A DNA stretch of 60,802 nt from a virus. Its lineage: Duplodnaviria; Caudoviricetes. The translations under genes and the position numbers were made by a program. Below, piece after piece: positions 56,725 through 60,802 of this stretch (the first letter of the stretch is position 1; each line of letters starts with the position of its first letter). The stretch covers positions 1-60,802 of the IMG/VR virus record IMGVR_UViG_3300025127_000031; one strand, given 5' to 3'. The notes beneath the pieces were generated by a model. That model searched no databases. It was not told the origin of the DNA and was given only the letters and a program-made list of their open reading frames with translations.

Positions 56725-56946
56725 ATGCTAAACACCACGGATAGCCAAGAAAAAAAGATGGCACGTGCAGTTGCTTTAAAGGCAATTGAGCAAACTGCTG
56801 GTGATCTTGCTGCATCTGGTGGCTCTCCTCTTGACATTCAGACTTTTGTTGCAGGTGCCAAGCGCGAATTGGCACATGAAGCTGGTGATAGACAAAAAAT
56901 GGGTTTAGCAGCTAAGGCTGCATACGACTATAACAAATTAAAGTAA
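56725..56946 (+). CDS. Hypothetical protein
   Basis: 73 aa, divergent from the late block. Confidence 0.6.
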   Translation: MLNTTDSQEKKMARAVALKAIEQTAGDLAASGGSPLDIQTFVAGAKRELAHEAGDRQKMGLAAKAAYDYNKLK

Positions 56947-57314
56947 AAAAACCCCGCGAATTTGGGGTAAATCTTTGGGGTAAACGTCACTTTTGACGAC
57001 GTTTTAGGCTACAAAATTTTATTTAAAATTTTATATTAGGAAACAAAAACATTACTTTTTAGCAATAGAAGTTTGGGCTAAAAACTAACGACACATATAC
57101 ATTATGTGGACCTTTTGGGCTGGGTTTTTTTTCACAGTAAACCCCACTTTTTACCCAAAATGGGTTAAAAATTACCTGACACTCCTCACACACACCTTCC
57201 GACTGTAAACCTGTATAGAAAAAAAATAAGGGCGGGCCTCCGTATATATCAGCGGAGGATGAATGGGCGGGAAGGAGGAAGCGTGCTGTGTTACCAGGGG
57301 ACCTCGCGAGCGTT

Positions 57315-57368
57315 ACTTCCACAGTTAATCCACAACCCTGTGGAGAAACACACAATCTCTGTGGAAAA
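57315..57368. promoter_or_regulatory. Cluster of four DnaA-box-like 9-mers
   Basis: ACTTCCACA 57315 and TAATCCACA 57326 (+); TTCTCCACA 57339-57347 and TTTTCCACA 57360-57368 (-). Confidence 0.6.
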
Positions 57369-57459
57369 CCTGCGTTCTATCTGTCGTCTCCCACCTTTCG
57401 TTCCTTTATTTCTTTCCTCTGTCGCCGCAAGCCAGAGAAGATTGTAGCGACTAAGTAAT

Positions 57460-57488
57460 CGTCTAGCTGATGGACGTTAAACCGTAGC
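57460..57488 (+). ncRNA. Leader pseudoknot of the first early gene
   Basis: CGTCT-AGCTGAT-GGACG-TTAAACCGT-AGC; same TAAAC linker as the pseudoknots at 58275 and 58580. Confidence 0.45.
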
Positions 57489-57512
57489 GTTGTTCTATCG
57501 CATTCCATACAA

Positions 57513-57812
57513 ATGCAAACTCAAACCAGCTGGAAGTTCGATTGGAAAGCCACTGCTAATGCAGAGGTTGACTCAGAGGATGTCTGGCAAGCATTTGATC
57601 ATCTTCTTGCTGAAGGTCAGATGACTTGGCTATTAGCCGACGATGCTGATCAACAGCGAGAGGAGATGAAGTACTGCCGTGCTCTTTACAAGCGTTTGAT
57701 TGATGTTTTCAGTGAGAACTGTAGCAACATTGATGCAAAGCTTGGCATGAGTTTATTCAACTCCCAGGAGTTAGGTTGTAGAGCGGTAACTATTACTGCT
57801 CAAAACAACTGA
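57513..57812 (+). CDS. Early hypothetical protein
   Basis: 99 aa; stop TGA lies in cassette A. Confidence 0.7.
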   Translation: MQTQTSWKFDWKATANAEVDSEDVWQAFDHLLAEGQMTWLLADDADQQREEMKYCRALYKRLIDVFSENCSNIDAKLGMSLFNSQELGCRAVTITAQNN

Positions 57813-57882
57813 GTCCGTACAAGCGGCCAGTGGGGGTGCAATGCCCCCACCAGTTATTACCCACAGCGGAGATGGGTACCGC
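57807..57882 (+). ncRNA. Cassette A: tRNA-like three-way junction plus H-type pseudoknot
   Basis: AACTG/CAGTT; CCG-TACAAG-CGG; GTGGGGG-TGCAATG-CCCCCAC; ATT; ACCCA/TGGGT with GCGG/CCGC. Confidence 0.7.
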
Positions 57883-57900
57883 ACACACAGGAGAATACCT

Positions 57901-58230
57901 GTGACCGACTACACCAACAAAGCAACTCAAATGCTATCAGCTCTCTACGCAACATCTCCTGATGCCATGGCAAATATGGAGATGGGTATTCCCACTTGCC
58001 AAGATTACGATCCTTTCTTCGATCGTATCGACACCCCTGAGGATGACAATCCTTGGGTGCATACCGAATACTTCTCCGATCGTGAGGAAACTCACGTTCC
58101 TACTCGTGAGGAGTGCGGCGAGATCGTCTTTCAACAGATTAGAAGTCTGATGGAGGACGGAAACTCCCAGGTACTAACCAGGGAACACGCAGCAGAGATT
58201 GCCAAGTATGCAATCAAGCTGCTTAGCTGA
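57901..58230 (+). CDS. Early hypothetical protein
   Basis: GTG 57901 preceded by AGGAG. Confidence 0.7.
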   Translation: MTDYTNKATQMLSALYATSPDAMANMEMGIPTCQDYDPFFDRIDTPEDDNPWVHTEYFSDREETHVPTREECGEIVFQQIRSLMEDGNSQVLTREHAAEIAKYAIKLLS

Positions 58231-58300
58231 TCCGTTAAAGCGGGTGACCAGGTGCAAACCCTGGTCCAGTTATTGACCTGAGCATGTCATTAAACGGCTC
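58225..58300 (+). ncRNA. Cassette B: tRNA-like three-way junction plus H-type pseudoknot
   Basis: AGCTG/CAGTT; CCG-TTAAAG-CGG; GACCAGG-TGCAAAC-CCTGGTC; ATT; GAC/GTC with GAGC/GCTC. Confidence 0.7.
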
Positions 58301-58322
58301 TTGTTCTACCTCAACTTACATC

Positions 58323-58535
58323 ATGCAAGTTCAACTTGAAAACCTTTCTGTTTTTGCTGCCAGACTAATTGGAGCATTTATTGGCTGTGCATTTGCTTTT
58401 GCAATGTATCTTGCTTTGCCTCCTGTGCGTATGTTTTATCATTGGCAGTGGCAGTTTATGACCACGCATCCCATTTCCTTTGTGATCTGTGGTGCTATTG
58501 GCATAGCAGTAGGTTATTTCTCTGACAAAGACTGA
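58323..58535 (+). CDS. Early membrane protein (2 TM)
   Basis: ATG after the TTGTTCTACCTCAACT leader. Confidence 0.65.
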   Translation: MQVQLENLSVFAARLIGAFIGCAFAFAMYLALPPVRMFYHWQWQFMTTHPISFVICGAIGIAVGYFSDKD

Positions 58536-58606
58536 CCACCAGCGTGATGCCGGGGGCTCGAAGCCCCTGGTCAGTCATTGACCTAAGCACGTCACTAAAC
58601 TGCCTT
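58530..58606 (+). ncRNA. Cassette C: tRNA-like three-way junction plus H-type pseudoknot
   Basis: GACTG/CAGTC; CAC-CAGC-GTG; GCCGGGGG-CTCGAAG-CCCCTGGT; ATT; GAC/GTC with AAGCA/TGC(C)TT. Confidence 0.65.
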
Positions 58607-58627
58607 TGTTCTACCTCAACTCAAATC

Positions 58628-58819
58628 ATGCATCCTTTTTCTGCTGTTGTAATTGGCATTGCCGTTGGCTGTCTTGCATCCGTCGCAGGACAGAAGCATC
58701 TCAATAGTCTTGCCACCAAGACTTGTAACGAGATGTCTGATACGCATCGTCTTGTTACGATGAATTCATGGGTCGGTGATGCTAAGCATTGTATGCACAT
58801 TCGCTATCTTGCACAATGA
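58628..58819 (+). CDS. Early small protein with N-terminal TM
   Basis: ATG after the second TTGTTCTACCTCAACT leader. Confidence 0.6.
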   Translation: MHPFSAVVIGIAVGCLASVAGQKHLNSLATKTCNEMSDTHRLVTMNSWVGDAKHCMHIRYLAQ

Positions 58820-58968
58820 TTACTAAACGTCAGAAACTACTTGCATCTGGTTCAACCCTCATCGGTATTGGTGCATTACTTGGTGCACCTATTACTGCTG
58901 TTGCAGCTACAGCTGCATACCTCGCCTACAAAGTAGGTGAATGTCAACCTAACTCCACATCCAAATGA
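58816..58968 (+). CDS. Early small membrane protein (50 aa)
   Basis: Missed by ORF track; ATGA-coupled at both ends. Confidence 0.6.
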   Translation: MITKRQKLLASGSTLIGIGALLGAPITAVAATAAYLAYKVGECQPNSTSK

Positions 58969-59129
58969 CTAAGCTCAACATTCGTAAGAACACTGGCAAG
59001 CTGCTGCGTCATGCCGCGGCCCATGTCGAGAATCTTAGTGACAATACACCCAAGGCTGCCGTTCGTCACTTACGAACCAAGCTTGCAGATGTTATTCGTC
59101 CCAAGGGTTCTTATTACGATGCGCTTTGA
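58965..59129 (+). CDS. Early small basic protein (54 aa)
   Basis: Missed by ORF track; stop TGA abuts cassette D. Confidence 0.6.
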   Translation: MTKLNIRKNTGKLLRHAAAHVENLSDNTPKAAVRHLRTKLADVIRPKGSYYDAL

Positions 59130-59130
59130 T

Positions 59131-59179
59131 TCTTGCACTGAGGGCCTTCGGGCCTTCTCTGCAGGACTCTACATCCTGT
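59131..59179 (+). ncRNA. Cassette D: 7bp-2x2-7bp UNCG hairpin with alternative 3' hairpin
   Basis: TCTTGCA-CT-GAGGGCC-TTCG-GGCCTTC-TC-TGCAGGA; downstream TCCTGT. Confidence 0.65.
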
Positions 59180-59199
59180 GTTTTATTGCAACTCAACTC

Positions 59200-59493
59200 A
59201 TGAACCGCGACTCTCTCAAAGAGATCATTAGACAAACTAAATGGATCAATGCCATTGATGAAGACTTTGAACTACAAGTTTCTAAGTCTGGTGTTTTGTT
59301 TGCATTCTTTGCTGTCAATGTAGATGAAGAATCAAATTGGAAGAACATTCCAAGCTATCACTTGAAAAGTGGTTGTATTGATTTCTGTGTTGATGATAAA
59401 TGGTATGACTACCAATTTATAGATAAAGAAATTGATCTCGACAAAGCAAAGACTTGTCGTTGGATCATTGAAGTTCTACGATTAGTTGATTGA
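59200..59493 (+). CDS. Early hypothetical protein
   Basis: ATG 59200 after the CAACTCAACTC leader. Confidence 0.65.
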   Translation: MNRDSLKEIIRQTKWINAIDEDFELQVSKSGVLFAFFAVNVDEESNWKNIPSYHLKSGCIDFCVDDKWYDYQFIDKEIDLDKAKTCRWIIEVLRLVD

Positions 59494-59494
59494 T

Positions 59495-59542
59495 TTCTGC
59501 ACTAAGCCCCTACGGGGGTTTTCTGCAGGATTCATTCCTGCA
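59495..59542 (+). ncRNA. Cassette E: same fold as D with covarying stems
   Basis: TTCTGCA-CT-AAGCCCC-TACG-GGGGTTT-TC-TGCAGGA; downstream TCCTGCA. Confidence 0.65.
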
Positions 59543-59565
59543 CAATCTTTTATCCAATTCAAATC

Positions 59566-59922
59566 ATGACTACCCTTCACTTGCTGTCTCATGCTGACAG
59601 CTTCATCACTGCTGCCATGCGTCTTTACGCAATTGGCGGCGAACTATTCAACATCACAGCCATTCTGTTTTGTTTGAATTTCATGGCGAATCTTATTCGT
59701 CACACCTACAATGCTGGCTACCAAGTAGGCAAGTTCTACCGTAGACATCTACATAAACCACTGCGATGGTTATTTGTACACGCTATTGCTCTGATCATCT
59801 TGCTTACTCAACTTGCTTGGGAAGGAGCAGTAGTGGTCTATACCAATCGCCAAGAGATCTATGATGCTTGTGCTCATGCATGGCATCAACTTGAACGTCA
59901 ATTCGTTTACGAATACGCTTAA
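59566..59922 (+). CDS. Early membrane protein
   Basis: 118 aa with two hydrophobic segments. Confidence 0.65.
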   Translation: MTTLHLLSHADSFITAAMRLYAIGGELFNITAILFCLNFMANLIRHTYNAGYQVGKFYRRHLHKPLRWLFVHAIALIILLTQLAWEGAVVVYTNRQEIYDACAHAWHQLERQFVYEYA

Positions 59923-59925
59923 GTT

Positions 59926-59959
59926 ACCTGGGCAGCACATCTGTGTGTAAGTCCCAGGT
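59926..59959 (+). ncRNA. Cassette F: intergenic hairpin with asymmetric internal loop
   Basis: ACCTGGG-CA-GCACA-TCTG-TGTGT-AAGT-CCCAGGT. Confidence 0.55.
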
Positions 59960-59986
59960 TTCAACTCACTTCTTTTCAAATGATTC

Positions 59987-60139
59987 ATGGAAAGCTACAA
60001 AGTCATCATGGAACACTGGCACACAGAACAATCCATTTTTCTTACAGTCGAAGACTGTAAAGATATGGATGAGTGCATAACCCATGTCAAAGAAGAGTGC
60101 CCTGAGCACATTATTGTTCAAATCTCACGCATCAAATGA
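59987..60139 (+). CDS. Early small protein (50 aa)
   Basis: Missed by ORF track; ATGA-coupled to the next gene. Confidence 0.55.
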   Translation: MESYKVIMEHWHTEQSIFLTVEDCKDMDECITHVKEECPEHIIVQISRIK

Positions 60140-60324
60140 CTTATTCATTAAACAGAGTTGATCTTACTGAGGATGAGCAGAAATGTATCTTACATTTTCT
60201 GCGAGAGGCTGAGGGGTGTGGCTATCCTTCAGCCAATGAGCCTTGGTATTCCACCATTAACTCAATCTTCCGAAAGTATTACGCCACTCAAATTCAAGAA
60301 GCTCAACCATGGCAAACACTATGA
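60136..60324 (+). CDS. Early hypothetical protein
   Basis: 62 aa; ATGA-coupled. Confidence 0.6.
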   Translation: MTYSLNRVDLTEDEQKCILHFLREAEGCGYPSANEPWYSTINSIFRKYYATQIQEAQPWQTL

Positions 60325-60491
60325 AAACTAAACAAGCCGATGCTCTTGTAACACAATTCTTTGACAAGATTATTGATGACTACTTGTTAGATATCGTCAG
60401 TCAGTGCTCTTATGAAGCACGAGATTCAGACGATGAAATGCAAGCAATCAAGGACTTGCTTTGGAACACCATTCAACAAAGGATCAAATGA
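60321..60491 (+). CDS. Early hypothetical protein
   Basis: ATGA-coupled start at 60321. Confidence 0.55.
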   Translation: MKTKQADALVTQFFDKIIDDYLLDIVSQCSYEARDSDDEMQAIKDLLWNTIQQRIK

Positions 60492-60763
60492 CAACTAAAG
60501 AGATGCAAAACAATGCTATCCAAGCTGCTCGCAAGCATGAGTGGATGGTTTGCACTGAAGGTGATAACCGTGTTGCATGTGTCATTGCATGGAGCAGGCA
60601 ACCAGATACTAACTGGTGCCGGGTATTGACGATTGTTGATGGTATTGGCAAAGTTGAAACTGTTCACCTACCTAAATACTACAAAGATCCCAACGCAACT
60701 GTGATGGGCTCTGACTACGTTGGAGAACATCTCAACCTGTTCAAACTTCAAACTAAATCCTGA
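60488..60763 (+). CDS. Early hypothetical protein
   Basis: ATGA-coupled start at 60488. Confidence 0.6.
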   Translation: MTTKEMQNNAIQAARKHEWMVCTEGDNRVACVIAWSRQPDTNWCRVLTIVDGIGKVETVHLPKYYKDPNATVMGSDYVGEHLNLFKLQTKS

Positions 60764-60802
60764 TGCCTTATCAAACAATCCGAGTAAAACCTGGACGTTA
60801 TT

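Noticed and set aside
57059-57447. ORFs 57059-57355(-) and 57259-57447(+)
   Set aside because: Cross low-complexity repeats and DnaA boxes; no protein-like features
57467-58266. Hammerhead (CTGATGG) or pistol (CAGGTGCAA) ribozymes
   Set aside because: CUGANGA/GAAA core and the pistol pseudoknot arrangement are not satisfied; self-cleavage is not excluded but is unsupported
57807-58576. Canonical tRNA genes
   Set aside because: T-loop-like arms are present, but there is no anticodon arm or CCA and each element is only ~47-49 nt; reported as tRNA-like elements instead
57841-59199. ORF-track upstream starts at 57841, 58284, 58544 and 59011
   Set aside because: They run through the RNA cassettes or other genes; downstream starts 57901, 58323, 58628 and 59200 fit the leaders
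57800-60000. CRISPR array
   Set aside because: Repeats share structure rather than sequence and are separated by whole genes; the Cas4-like nuclease is a common stand-alone phage exonuclease
1-60802. Stop-codon reassignment, introns or inteins
   Set aside because: Core genes are full length in the standard code, all three stops terminate genes, and no intein or intron signatures were seen in terL, the primase or the MCP

Overview
60.8 kb of a tailed dsDNA phage genome, most likely a cyanophage of Synechococcus/Prochlorococcus-type hosts (NblA-like and CP12-like genes, a TTTTCCACA DnaA box). Left: replication block (GT2 fragment, PD-(D/E)xK nuclease, Prim-Pol/PriCT-2/SF3 helicase, GT4) followed by a ~320-bp imperfect palindrome (candidate origin). 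Then lysis and tail-fibre genes, a small regulatory/nucleotide block (HTH, Dam-like, dCTP deaminase, DUF3310-like) and a long minus-strand virion block (adaptor, capsid, scaffold, portal, terminase, many Gly/Ala/Gln-rich putative ejection proteins). No tail tube, sheath or tape measure was recognised. Right: a non-coding switch region with DnaA boxes and a plus-strand early region of small ORFs. Most notable: (1) early genes are punctuated by modular RNA cassettes, namely anticodon-less tRNA-like three-way junctions followed by H-type pseudoknots, and RNase III-like hairpins with a swap-in 5' hairpin, suggesting a cut-and-cap mRNA segmentation system; (2) a candidate -1 frameshift (A_AAA_AAG plus pseudoknot) extending a small membrane protein beside the endolysin; (3) a 602-nt dual-coding overlap of portal and scaffold; (4) a 46-aa C-terminal module shared by two distant genes. 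All family assignments are from motif recognition by eye; no searches were run.
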